From Phoronis australis (taxonomy: Eukaryota > Animalia > Phoronida), in NCBI GenBank assembly GCA_002633005.1, contig NMRA01000380.1, positions 270,645 to 334,644 on the forward strand: a stretch of DNA of 64,000 nucleotides. The letters run 5' to 3'. Position 1 is the stretch's first letter, and every line of letters starts with the position of its first letter. The notes under the pieces were generated by a model. It was not told the origin of the DNA. It ran no database searches and was given only the letters and a program-made list of their open reading frames with translations. Made by a program: the position numbers and the translations under genes. This document shows, in pieces, positions 24,272 through 37,900 of this stretch.

Positions 24272-26507
24272 CAGTTCTAACTTGGTTTTCCCTAGCAAAA
24301 CACGCCTCAATGAACTTGTCACCTTTTCTTCAGTCTGTCGAAAACCGTAAACAAAGAAAAGTTTTGAGTGATTCCACATCTGTCACAAGCCTAACAGATG
24401 ATCACAGAAAATTGACTCTGTCTTGTACTTTTTGCCCTTTCACTCCTACTTAAAGTACGGTAGACAAGAAAGCGTTGAAATGCGCTCACGACTGCACTGC
24501 AAACGGTGTGCTTCTAAGGGTGTTTATTTGTATCATAAAAATGGCCACTGTAGGCCTAGATGGCTCAGAATATATTGAACCAATCCCAAAATGGGAAGTT
24601 GTTGTCGTCTCTCAGAATTGTTTGCCAAATTTTATGGATATCCGTCAAAGAACTAAAGGCAAACATAAAAACTGCCATTAGGAACAACAACATTAGTCGA
24701 ATTCATCCATCTGCTGCAAAGGGCTTTAGGAGACACAGCCTTTGGTGCGTAAAAATGTCACTAGGGGGCATCACAGTAGTCAATCATGCTCTTGTCAGTT
24801 GGAACACATCTGAAAAATACATCGAATTCATCCGACAACGCCCTACTAGATGTCTTTGTGCCACATTTCATGAAAATCCGTTGAGGACCTTTGAAAATAC
24901 AAAGATAAGCGTAAAAAACTAAAATTGCCACTAGGGAGCACACCGGCAATCGGATCCGTCTGTATTCATTGTCATTTGGCGTCAGCTTCATAGCCTGAAC
25001 GCATCTGCCAAATGTCGTCAAGATCCTGCAAAGGTTTAGGAGATACAGCCGCGGCGACGGACGCCCGGACAGATATGACGGTAATATGCTCCCACATACA
25101 AATATGCGGGAACATAAAAAGGGACAAACAACTCAAAACTGGAACCCCAAAACAACCACTTCCCTGCGCGACATAAGCTAACATTAGATTCTGAAAACAA
25201 TTTTTCAACAGATTCAAAAAATTTGGTCCAAAACTACTGTCAACCAACTAGTTTTTCATATGCAATTCTGTCTTGTTTGAGGGCTGCCTGAAATCCCACG
25301 CGATTTCATAGTCCGACACTATTCAGAAATGCACAAATGCAACTGGGAACTGTCAAATTGAAGAAAAGTGTAGCTGAGCAAATGGTAATTTCTCATTCCC
25401 AGCATGTTCACAAACATAAACAAACCAGATTCACGGAGTTTACATGTAACGCTTACCTCAAGCCTGGCCTACCCCTAGAATTCTTTGGGCCGCGGTTGCA
25501 GTCTAAGGCTGTTCAGGCTTTGGTACGCTGCTTACTGCGATCACAAGTAACAGGTCAGTGACCATTTCTCTCGCTATGTGCGGGTAACCCGCATGGAGCT
25601 ACATGTATGAGCTGAAGTCGTACTAAATAAAGTGCTCAGTTAGCAATAGTTCTCGTGAGGACAGCTCACCTCCAGGCTTCTCGTCTGCGCTCACCCTAAT
25701 GGTGCTAATTGATCATTTATGTATAGTAAATTACACCAGCTCGGGTAATAATCATTGTCTGTTCTCGTACACCACATGTGTAACATAACCTACGTTATTC
25801 AAGACCTAGTTATCTGCCTGTCATTTCAATTAACAATGGCTGCGTCAAGCCAACCATTTCAATGGGTTTAAAAAAAATGACTTCACGTGATTTTAGACCT
25901 CATAACTCCATACAACGCAATCCTAACTAGTCTGATAACGAAGAGGCAAATTGCAATCACCACACTAGTGTACCTAATTTGAAATGTGCAAATCTGTATA
26001 CACAATCGTCGTCAAGACACGGTTTGCTGAAGACATCCCTGCGTTGTGATACATGATTATGAATGGACTCTGTTCTAGTTGTCATTCTATATGTAACTTG
26101 AAACTTATTTTTCAATTTAGAAGCACCAAAAGCAGGGAACAGGATATTTAGCGATAGTTGTCACGTAAGCATAATACAAACGATACAGAGTGTGGAGGCC
26201 GGTAAAACTCAGCACTTCCCTCGAACTTGCCAGCGAACTACTTAATTTCATCATTGACCTTATAAAGTCTGAAGACAATGACAACTTGACCTTACAAGCT
26301 TTGAGAATGACGTCAGCCAGGAGCTGGACAAGAAACGAAGAATTTTAAGACAGCGGGGTACATTCTTTCCAGCTGCAGAGGCGAATTCTACAAAGAAAAC
26401 CGTAGTGAAACATCGGACTATCAGGCTGCTGTTTTTCTGTCGTATTGTTCATGAACTTTCAAAAATGTGCCGGTACCAATTATTAAGGCGTTGGATGTGT
26501 CGTAATA

Positions 26508-26727
26508 CGGGCCACTGCAGACGTAGAGCTAGGAGCTTAGCTGTCTGCCTCAAGTGAAATGACAGCTCGCGTCAAGGCGAGGAATACGGGAAATAATTCA
26601 CTGCTAATTTACATTATTGTTGAGCATTTTCTTGCCAAAATACAGTTTCCTTAATACCTAGCTCAACTATCGTTCTCTTGAGGCAGACATTTGGGCTGGT
26701 AGATCCGTCTCCGTCTGTGGTGACCCG
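26508..26727. mobile_element. Foldback MITE with long degenerate inverted arms
   Basis: TGTCTGCCTCAAG / CTTGAGGCAGACA core, plus CGGGCCACTGCAGACG / CGTCTGTGGTGACCCG at the ends. Confidence 0.55.
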
Positions 26728-28050
26728 CCTCAAACAACAAATTATAGGTGCACGTGAAACTAGTGTAGTATCTTTGTCCGAAGCTCTCGGTCTGCGGTGA
26801 CTCTACATTTCCCCGTGAATCCTCGCTGGTGTCTGATCAGCATATGTACAATACATGGACCATTCAGTACTTACACGTGTGTCCCACGACAACTGCAAAA
26901 ATCCTCCGTTAAAACCAGGGAATTCCTTGCGACCGTTTTCCGTACAAAATTTCTGCCCGTTTTCAACGAATTTAAAAGATTTTTCCAAATTACGCTGGTT
27001 GCATCAACAGCCACCTCCACGTCTAAATATAATCACAGGCAGATGCCTTTGTTTACGAACCCTCGGTCAGCACATCTATACGTTCAGGACCAATGTGAAA
27101 AAGTAGTTCAAGAGGACTCTTAAGAGGGCACACACATCAAAACAAGCCATGTTACTTCCAACTCCTGGCATTTCTTTGTTTGTTGACCGATGGGTCAGTG
27201 ATGCGGAGTTTATTGTCAGGAAGTTACGAGAATTACCGTGGATTCCTGTAAACGTGCCTATCTAAGAGCCTAGCTCAAGGGCTCACTTCTGGAGTCAACA
27301 TAACGATTTTGCTTCCAACATTGATTATTTGTGTGACTCATTTGAAATGGACAGCGTAAAACTGAAGACCTATATTTCTAAGAGAACGAATACAACAAAA
27401 TTATAGACTTTAATTTACAGAAACTGTAAACCTGCGATTTAAATTCCAGCAGCAAATTGCGCGAATAGCGTTAGCACCTGTAGGTTTTTGAGAACGCGTT
27501 TCACGAACATGCAATTGGGAATACATGTCAGAAACTAGGAAGATAGAAAAGAGCAAAGATACGCCCTGGGGTCCTACATAAATAGTGACTTTTTAAAAGA
27601 CTGACGCCGGGTGAATTTGGTCTTTCGTGCCACACGACCATTTCTGAATAGCAGTTAAATCGCACTGAACAAAAGCGCACGTGTAGTCCCGCTTAACTGA
27701 TAGTTACTGATGTGCTCATACAAACATTGCATTCAGAAATTGGAACTATGGATAATCAAGTAGTTCCTTTGACAAACCGTTGCTGTCATATTGCTATTAC
27801 TTCATTAGCTAACTCAGAACATGTTTACACCGACAAATGACTTGTTGATCTGCCAAGAGCAAAAAGTGCACGGTATTTTGGGTTATAACCCCCACGCTCA
27901 AAGTAATAACATTGATATTGTTAAACATTAGTAATCTATATCTGCCGTAAATCAAATTAAGCCGTCGTCGATGCGTTGAATATGGGATACAGGGTGTGCC
28001 GTAACACGAAACCATAGCACTTAGTGTTAAACGAATTACAATTGACGATC

Positions 28051-28281
28051 CACAGGCGGATCTACGGGGGGTTCAGGGGGTTCAACCTCCCCCCTCGGTA
28101 CAGGGTCAAAAATAAAAATTAAAAAAATGTCACCAGAAAAATGAAATCAGCTACTAAAAACAAAAAAAATCTTACACAGGAGGGGAGTAACCCCCTCTCG
28201 ACCTTCCCTCCTCTCGGGGCTACGCGCCTCGGATTTGAACGAATCCCAACCCTCCCTCCTGAAAACGTAGATCTGCCATTG
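28051..28281. mobile_element. hAT-like MITE with G-run/C-run subtermini
   Basis: CACAGGCGGATCTAC / GTAGATCTGCCATTG termini; TSD not recognisable. A related left end lies at ~44443. Confidence 0.55.
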
Positions 28282-29878
28282 CCTGGTGTCGTTCATCTTT
28301 GAAGCATACGTTATGAGTAATATTTATAACTTACGTCAGTCCGTTTCTTTGACGCTACATTACTTCTTGCTACTGCCCAGGTAAAACAAAATAACAATTT
28401 TCGGCAACCTCAAACATGCAACATAAATTTTTTGTAAAATGAATACTTCAAGCGCTAATGTCCAAAATGTTTGGCTACGCTTTACGGTGTATATTTATAC
28501 CATTGACCCGTATATATTACCATTAATGTATATATAATGAATACTCTCCAGTAATATGATAGCCTCAATAACACAAAAATCATTTACGTCGTAAGAGGAT
28601 AGATTGCTAAAGTTTTCAAATAATCATTACCATATAATTCGACCTAAACACCAATGAATTGAAAATCTCTCAGTCGCTGCTTTTCGTCGGAGTTTCAGCA
28701 ATACAGGCTACGCCCATAGATACGTACGTGACAGAATTTGATTTCTTTTTTACTTTTCTCCATGTCAGTAACACAACATTTTATTTTAGCCTTAGTCACC
28801 AGAATGAGTTTATTGGTCTCTTCAACATAATTAGATGTAGTTAGGTCATAAACTAAGAGTATACATTACCAACACCTAAGTAAAAATAGAAACTACTTAG
28901 ACCAACGCTTAACTTTTCACGAGTGAATAGACACAAATGCAATCTATCAACACAAAATTGCCGCCAGTAGTTCAGACTGAAAAAACCCAGTGACCAATTT
29001 GTGGTGTTTTGCGGCAGTAAGTGTGCGTAAACATGGGACACTTCCGGCCTAATGAAGTAAAGAAAACAATACGTGAGAAACTTGGTATAGAATGACTCGT
29101 TTGTTAACACCGAAGACTTTAACAGTGAGATGGAAACCGACCCTAGCCGTAATATTTGCGGAATTTCACCGGAATTGCGAAAAGTTATAGTATGGGCATA
29201 AAAATTGTTTGCTGTACAAGAGCCTTTTCTTAAAACGTATAGTAGTTCTTGTTTTACATACTGTCTAAACGAAATCAAAGTTCACCGACCAGTGGTTACA
29301 GGTTCGCTAATTTGCTAGAAAATCACCAATGGTAACATGATTACCAGCAAAGCAACAAGGAATGCTTAAAAATAATGGATTGCGATTAGCTTCAGCGACT
29401 GATGTCATGCGCACAGCGACAACTACCGGAAATCATCAGTGCTGATTCTTCCTGGCACAGGTAGGAAGGACAAGTAATTACTTATTGAATATTCTCCGCT
29501 CGTGCCCACGAGGACCAGAAGTAATCACCAGTAAACGACATCAGGAGCATTACGATAATTAATCAAAACGCACTGTTCTGCGTGACGTGAGGTTTACCTT
29601 TACAGTTTTTTCTAATCTCGCCGATTATTTGCCTTTGCCTTTGAGTATCATTTAGTGGGGCTATTAATCACTTGTTTACCACGGATAGGGCCGTAGGGGC
29701 TGACACTTAAGCCTCAGTTATTGATTAAGGCCGACAATTTAATATCAAATTGTTCAAGATAAACTGATTAGTTCCTCGAAAAACAAAAGTGTAATCTACA
29801 GACGTGACACACTTTTAGTAATAACTGTGCTACGCGCGAAAAACTATCGTTGGCCAAACGGGTGAACGTTACCCAAGT

Positions 29879-30155
29879 AAATTACGTGCCCAAATTGATT
29901 CTTGTTAGAGGCGTGAAGTATTTTTTAGAGTCGTAAAGTAATTATTTGCTGCGTTTTACCCAGCAAATATCTATGTTATGCAGCAAACGATTACTTTACG
30001 CCGCAAATAATCACTTTACGCCGTTAAAAGTAAATATCTGCAGCGTAAAGTAAATATCTACAGCGTAAAGTAAATATTTGCGGCTTAAAGAAATACTTTA
30101 CGCCACAAATAAATACTTTACGCCTCTAACAAGAATTAGCTTACGCACGCATTTT
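29879..30155. mobile_element. Foldback element built from ~21-bp CGTAAAGTAAATA subrepeats
   Basis: ATTCTTGTTAGAGGCGTGAAGTATTT near 29898 versus AAATACTTTACGCCTCTAACAAGAAT near 30111, with internal short repeats in both orientations. Confidence 0.65.
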
Positions 30156-31212
30156 ATAGACTAGGCTCGAGAACCTTGCTAGTCACCGCGGCAGTTTCAG
30201 CCACGAAGCAATAATATGGCCGTCAGGGGAGGTAAATTCCAGGCGTTACATCAATTCCAGTAAACACAAGAACACGATGACGTTGTTTTGGTAGAACAAA
30301 TGCGCCTATGAATAAAATTTGACACCGGAACCTACGGTTTAAAGCAAGCTAGTTAAGTAATCGATATGTTTGATACTATACCAATTACTCATGTAACAAC
30401 AATGTTTCCTTTAACAATTCTAATATGCCAAGTTGTTAGGTTGCCCTATTTTGGGCTATAGTCGCCGATTTTGAGAACCACTTTGATGCCTGTTATTCAG
30501 CGGAGAAAACTGTGCGAACTTTAAATGACCATTACCCTATTTTTTTGCCAAATTGACAATTCAAACGGGTCAAGCTAAATATTCCAGGGTGTCCGGGCGC
30601 GAGCACATGTAAACACAACCCAACCTCGTCCCCAAGCCTCAAGATGGCTAAACCATATTCCGCCGTCTTTGTGCGCAAACATTGGTTTCAAGCGAAAGCA
30701 TAAATATGGCTTTAGCACTTGCTGTGCAGGTCAACGATGTCCGAAGAACTGGAGAGGAATGATAATCATTTAACAACCAATTATGGCCGTTAAATGACTA
30801 ATTCTGTGCAATCTGCACGTTGAATAAGCAATTTTCAACGAGCATAATGTTTCTTGTGGGAAAACCTCAGAAGTTAACATGAAAGTAGTTGTCAAGGGGA
30901 CGTTGTCAACTGAGCGCGTGCGTATATTATGATTCACGCAAATGAATTTTAATTCAAGTTCACACTTGATTACCCCTACATTCGAACTGCTAATTTGAGT
31001 TTAATCTTAAGATGTACACAATAAGCATGAATAAAAATGCGCTGCCTGTGCGCGTAAAACGCACTGGGTGTGTTTTTGTAGCTTCACATACTTTTTGTTT
31101 TGGGTCAATCAGTCCGCGCTCCCAGTCAAAAAAAACTTCGGACTTGGCCTTTTACAGTTATAAATTTGATTTTTCCAGGCTATTGCAGCTTTACGAGCGA
31201 ACTTTATCACAC

Positions 31213-31503
31213 TCGGATAAGGCCATAGACAACATGATGTCTAGGGAAGACATCATGATGTCTAGGGATAAGGCCATAGACATCATGATGTCTAGGGATA
31301 AGGCCATAGACATCATGATGTCTAGGGATAAGGCCATAGACATCATGATGTCTAGGGATAAGGCCATAGACATCATGATGTCTGGGGATAAGGCCATAGA
31401 CATCATGATGTCTGGGGATAAGGCCATAGACATCATGATGTCTGGGGATAAGGCCATAGACATCATGATGTCTGGGGATAAGGCCATAGACATCGGATAA
31501 GGC
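31213..31503. repeat. 30-bp minisatellite GGATAAGGCCATAGACATCATGATGTCT(A/G)G, ~9.5 units
   Basis: Read directly; exact 30-bp period from 31261 to 31490. Confidence 0.95.
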
Positions 31504-31836
31504 ATTCACTAATCATAATGTACTCAAGGGAATAATTATAGGCATAGCTTTAAATTCGCGCAAAAGTAGATTAGACCTCGGGCTCAGGTGCGTTCCTCAT
31601 GCAGACATGTTTCCACTGAAGCAGAATGAACAAGTTGGTAGGCTACCACTAAACTACTAGTTCAATGGTCACAGATGTCGTTTTGATGTCAAAAATGTTG
31701 AACTTCACTATTATGCTCAATGTTCATTTGTACTCTAGTCATTAATGAAATATACTTATCAAATTTTCAAAACGCGCGTGAAATTTGCCACGTGGTCTCC
31801 TACTACCTAAGCATACAAATGTGTCAACTGGATAGA

Positions 31837-31920
31837 GTTCAATAGCGCTAGGACCTCGCCAGAAAAGCAAGATTTCGCGAGATAACGCGGGATGTTTTCT
31901 TGTATTTTAAATGAGAAGCA
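31837..31920 (+). mobile_element. Truncated, diverged relative of the 18482/24123 MITE
   Basis: GTTCAATAGCGCTAGGACCTCGCCAGAAAAGCAAGATTTCGCGAGAT...TTTTAAATGAGAA matches the left half of that MITE. Confidence 0.6.
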
Positions 31921-34900
31921 CAGTCAGGTGAGTCAGTCATTGACAAATGGAGAAGATATATCTTATTTGTTTTCAGCATGGTAGCGACGTTACAAGGCTG
32001 TGTAAGTGAAATAGTGTGTAGAGGTCTAAACGATTCATCTACGGTTCATCTATGACATAGTTTCACTCGTTTTGCACTCATTGGACTGCTAAACAAAAAT
32101 AGTTTGCAAGTAGGAATTTAATGTGTTATGAGCACGACGTTCTTTCGAAAACTTTTGATTTATGAGACTAACCCGTTATAAAACTGGTCTGAATTTTTTA
32201 TTTCTTTGGCGGAAAATGACCACTGAAGCTGAGCCAACCAGATGACCTTCAAGCTATAACGACAGTCACTCTCAGAGAACTGAAATCACTTCCATGTCCG
32301 AATTAAATTTTATGACGATAACACATTATAAAAACATAGAAGGCAGGTGAATTGCACCTTCAATTACATCATATTTTGACACTGTAAAGCTTCACGACAT
32401 TTTTCGTGCAGTGGTCACACGCCTAAAACTTCTGGTGACAAAGCTAATGAATCCTCAGCGCAGACCACAGAAAGTACACATTTGGATCATTCCGGCTTGG
32501 ATACCCTGGACTGAGATCTGCAATATCTATGACTTCAAATTTCACGGAAGCGTGCGATAAACCTAACAAAAACTGAAGATACTCAATGACAGTGGTCGTG
32601 TCGTTAATAATCGATGATGATCCGCGCATCGCAGTCACCTGTGCGATTTTGTTGGCGAAAGATCTTATATCAGGTAAAACTTTCTTACCGTATGTTCTTG
32701 AACGACTAGCCAACAGTGTTACGGAAGTTCAGTTGACAGAAAACCTTCATGACAACCGGTTAGACAAGGGCCCAGCAATGCGTACTTGTATTGTACGCCT
32801 ACACTTCTCGAAAAACTATCGAAAGAAATAGGATCGTAACCTCATTCCTCTGAGTTATGAATGCCGATAGTTTAGTTATTGTATTCACTACACAATTCTG
32901 ATTTCGGAGACGTTTTTGTTGCTAATTGTTTTGTCATTTCTCGGCGCCGCTCCCTGCTTTATGACCACATCAACACTTCCCGATCCCTACGTCAATAAAC
33001 AGTAGCACCTTCGTTCATGCTGAGATGATGTTTCCGTTACTGGAATTGGGATAGTGAAAGCAACACAGGTGTTTCCAATTAAACGATACCACTTGGAGTC
33101 CTGACTGCACCTTGCCAGTCTCCTCGGCGGACAATGCGCCTCTTGAAAATTCCGCGTTACGTCACACAGCATGACATGTCGTCTGCAACATTTCCAAACT
33201 CGCAAAAAGTAGGGCAAAACCACTCATGCTCAAACAGTAGTCTGGCCTTGGATGTTACGCACTATGGGATTTTAATTGAGTGACCAGAATTAATACTGGC
33301 GACGTTGATGGAACAGAGAATACCGGTAAATTTATGTCACAATGCAAATATTTTTCCAAGTATGCATACAAATTTTGCTCGAATACATATTTGGATTATT
33401 TCCAGCAATTTTCGCATGGGAATTTCTACTGACCAAGTGTTAAGACGAATATCGAAAGGGCACCAGGTATCCCCATAAAGGAAAGTTCAACGATTATTCG
33501 TTATGATTCTTTTAGGTTCGTAAGTAAGGTCACACCAAAAAGGATAGTTTGTAATGGTCTGCGCGTTGTATACATTTTTGAAACATGCGCATCACTGTAA
33601 AAAGAAAAATCGCTTCACTTCTGACAACAGAATGTATTGAGGTAATTTTTAAAAGGGCGAATTTACTTAAAATGTACGATTAAAAAATACCGCATCACCA
33701 CCTCAATTGTAGAAAATAGAACGAATTGTGTGTTTTGGCGTGAGCGTGTTACGTTAGACAACCACGGCGTTGCGTTCAAATACAAGTTGAATTTTCGTAA
33801 CAGTATAAGTTCCATTAATTACCAGCACGACTGAATTTTCAAAACATGCTCAATTTCCAAAACGAGGTTGATTTCGTAAAGTTTATGCTGTAAAACTAGA
33901 TGTTCAAGACAACAAGTGATTGTTTAAAAGCGACGATACTTCTTAACATGATTGATTTTGTGAAATAGGATTGAATTTACAAGATAGGATTGACATTTAT
34001 TTAAACACAACTGAATTCATTAAATGGCATTGAATTTACGAAGTAGGATTTATTTTATTTTAAAGCTGCATTTCGCTCTGTTTAGCTAGTGACTAAAAAC
34101 GAAGAAATAGAATAAGGCTATTTATTCTAATGAAATAGATATAAAAATTCCTTAACATGATACATCTTGTTTTATGTTATTTTAATAACATAAAATAATG
34201 TTTTAAAAAAAACATTCAACATATCAATAAACGCGTGGGAAAACCATCGATTTTGCTAGGGTTGGCCAACCTCGAATTTCGAAAATGTCGCGCATTCAAA
34301 AGTAAGTAAGTCACGTGACCCAACAATGACCATTTCCCGTGAGTACGTTGTACATAACCACTTGTCTTTCTTGTTGAGAACTCGAAATAAGTTTAAAGTG
34401 GCAGCTAAACGAGGCGAAACGTAGCTGTATTTTTTTTTCGCTTTCCTCAGTTGCTTCGTGGCAAAAGCAACCTGTCCGTCAAACTGCCAGACGCGTTCTC
34501 AATAGCGTCGTGTCACAGAAAAATTCAATTCACAAAAGCAGATTTCTGGACATCTGGGTTAATAACCGCTTCAGTGTTTTGTAGCGTCTGGTGCCAGCAT
34601 TAAAACATTAAAAAGTGTACTCCATCATATGTTATGTATTATTTTCGTAACGGAAATTTCGAAGCAAAATGCGATCTTCATGCTGCTGTGGTTGAATGCT
34701 GCCCTCAGCAAGTTGACGTTTAAGGATTTTCGTATGAGAATCCAAAAAATCAATCAGAAATCTTTTGTTTGCTTGGTGCTATTTTTCTCATACCAGGAAC
34801 TTCGGCGTTCCATAATTATAACGCCCCACGACGTATCTAAATTGAAAACTCCACGGCGCTAATTAAAAACCGTTGTGAAGATGTGATAATTGTCGACATC

Positions 34901-37900
34901 AATATACCAGGAACGTCAACGACAAAGATGTCACTTAGTCGATAATAATTCAATTTCGTAGATGAACATGCCCCAACGGCTTGTATTTTGCCTTTCCTTT
35001 GAAAAATAATGAAAGCGTACAAAAGTCAACATAAAATCTCATATAATTTCAGAATATCGCGCATTACTTTTATCACGTACACAATGTAGTTTTGCAGTCA
35101 AAAGGTGGCTATTCGGTCTCATGAAAAAATCGTGTAATTAATTTCAATCGGGGTGTAATAACATACCGACTGTTTGTTGCGGTTTGTTTAGTTCCTAGGT
35201 AGCGTTCCATAGACCATGTTTCTTGCGAGAAAAGCAAGATCTCACAAGGCCTCGCAAAATTACGCGAGTAAGCTCGGAGGTTTAGACACAGAACGGCTGC
35301 CAGTGAACTGAATGATTGAAGGTTGGAACGTTGCATTGTGGGATTGAGTTTACCGTTTCCGTTCCACAAGCAAGTGCAACATAATGTCAGATAGTAAACG
35401 TGAACATTCCAAAACTTTAATCCATGATGACTTCCCATAGAAATTTTTAAACAGTGAAATAACAATAGGCTACCGATGAAGAATGAACACTTACTGCTCA
35501 GTCACTTCAAGACAATGTTGTTTTGTAGTGGGACAATTATACATTGGGTTTTCAAACGCCCGTGCGTCCACTCTAGGGGTTTTGAGAACTTCCACAAAAG
35601 GGTCTCTTTTGCAACAGAACTGTGTTAAAAAGACTACTTATAATCCAAATTGTTGTTTATTCAATTTTAATTCAGTGAATAAACATTTTGAATGTTTAAG
35701 AACGCTTACAAACGGGTTATGTTATGAAGGAAAGCCTCTAAGAAATGGTGACTTTTTCACAAATGATCGGAAATTCGGAACAACCGGCTCCTTTGCAATC
35801 GTTCTGACTCTCTAAAGGGTGTGGTTTTATTTTGCCGATTCTACTGTTGGATTGTACTATCAACAAACATTGTCAAGCTTTAGCTAAATCAGAACTGCAG
35901 AGATGTATGAACAACTATAATCCTGCGATCACTTATAGGTAAGTCATCCGCTGGAGATATCCAATTAAACGTTGCTGCCAAGTGTGTAGGCCTACCTTTT
36001 TCTTTTATCTGGCACCATCTAGTTCTCTTATGACCTAAATCTCCAAACAACACCACATGTTGTAACTACAATCGTGTTGCCTTGTGTGGAGGAATTTGAA
36101 TCTTGTTATGGTAGGTTAGGCAACTAACTGTTTACTTCAACACTGTCGTTACTTGAGGTCAAATTTGTTGAACAAAGCAACACTACAGGCGACAATGAGT
36201 ATACAACATATCAAACACATGCAAAGTAAAACCAGCCGTCAGTGTAAACTCATTTACGAAAAGTTATAAAACCGATTACGCACATAAAGACCGAAAAAAA
36301 CATCTTGGACGTGGATGAAAATCGTGACATATCCCCTTCGTCAACATTAGTCGGAAAGTTACGATAAAAAACAGGTGAATACTACGTACCCGTGTTGATC
36401 CACTGTAACTCACTGAATAGCCTGGCATTCTGATGACCAATTGATACAGTCTCGTTTTATTTGTAATATAAATTTGATTGACCCTCGGAGGGCAACAGCT
36501 TGTTTGTGACGTCATAACGCACTTGGGCGGAAACAGATCGTGACTGCCATCGGATGTGATTACATAAAATCACTCGAAAGACGCGTATAGGTATTAATAA
36601 TTCCTGACAAAATTATCGGATTATTCCAAATACCTTGTTTACGTAAAACGTCTAATGCCAATAAAGGCTATGTTTGAAGTCTACGGATACTCGAAACATT
36701 TTCCAACCGCTCAGCCATTACGCGGCACACAGGAAGACTTTCTCGACAGAAAATGATCAAGTGGTTCCCCTGATACTGCGACAGCAGTTCGCAAATTTAT
36801 CTAGCCCGTGGGAACTGTGGACTGAAAAATATCGACACGTCTTTTTAACCGTAAGCGTTATACAACAACAGAGATCTTCAATAACATATTATCCCAGATG
36901 GCATTACACAGAAAATATGACACTTTAAAGCTAGCTGATTTTTCATGTACCCAAAGAACAACCGATCGCGAGTTTAATATTCATCCAACTAATTACAACT
37001 TAGGACACCGCACAATGCAACCGTCCATTCCCACTCGTTGGGACCACGCCTGGCAACCCTGCCTTGTTCATTTCAATACTACGTTGGGCAAAAATGGAAA
37101 ACTGCGACGACTGAAGGGAGGGGCGGAGATTGTGTGTACCCGAATTAGGCAAAATATGTAACGCCCGCCTGGAGGTTCATGGACGCCAAGACCACAATTC
37201 TACTGGTATAGGAGTTCTCCTGGGCCTCAATCACAGTGCACTTACTTAAGTAAAATGCTCAGCTGTCCCTTTTGGGTAATGCCAAAACGCAACCTCGCGA
37301 TTGTTTTGTCAAGCCTGAAGCCGATTTCAGACTTGTGGAATTTAGCGTGTATCTGAAACCGAAGAAGTTATTGAAATCAGTTCAAAGTTGAGAAGTAATT
37401 TCTAACGAGTGACCACTGTGTCGATTCCGGAATCTGATATTTCTATTTCGAATAAACTTGTAACCAAGCAGAACCGTATCCTGAAAATTCGTTACACAGG
37501 GAAAGCGTAACCAGAAGCAACCTGGACGCACATTCGGTTCATCGCATCATTTTTCGTTAAATAAGCGCCCCTAGTAAATACGTCGCCCAGTAAATAGAAG
37601 TTCTCCGAAGTAGCAAATGTCTGAAAAATTCCCACGTTTTAATTTGCACATTTTTGTGTTATTTGGCAATGGGGTTTGATGAAAATGACAAAATGTTGAA
37701 ATTTGGAGTTCCTGCACATTGCGTTATTTTGATACAAATATTGCCTAGAGCATTTCAACAGAAATGTTTAAAAAATTGTTGCACCTATCAATCTAATTAA
37801 ACGAAGAAAATTGATCAAAAATAGCAGTAAAGATATATTTAAATCACACAGCCACCTAGTGGTAGTTTATAAAATTACTTTAAATCACCAATACAAGGAG

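Noticed and set aside
31012-31509. CRISPR-like palindromic 30-bp repeats and repetitive ORFs (SRDKAIDIMM)n
   Set aside because: Units are head-to-tail with no spacers, no cas genes are present, and the context is eukaryotic. The ORFs arise because the period is a multiple of three.
32444-32831. Overlapping 81-89 aa ORFs
   Set aside because: No recognisable motifs or coherent splice partners; lengths are within chance expectation.
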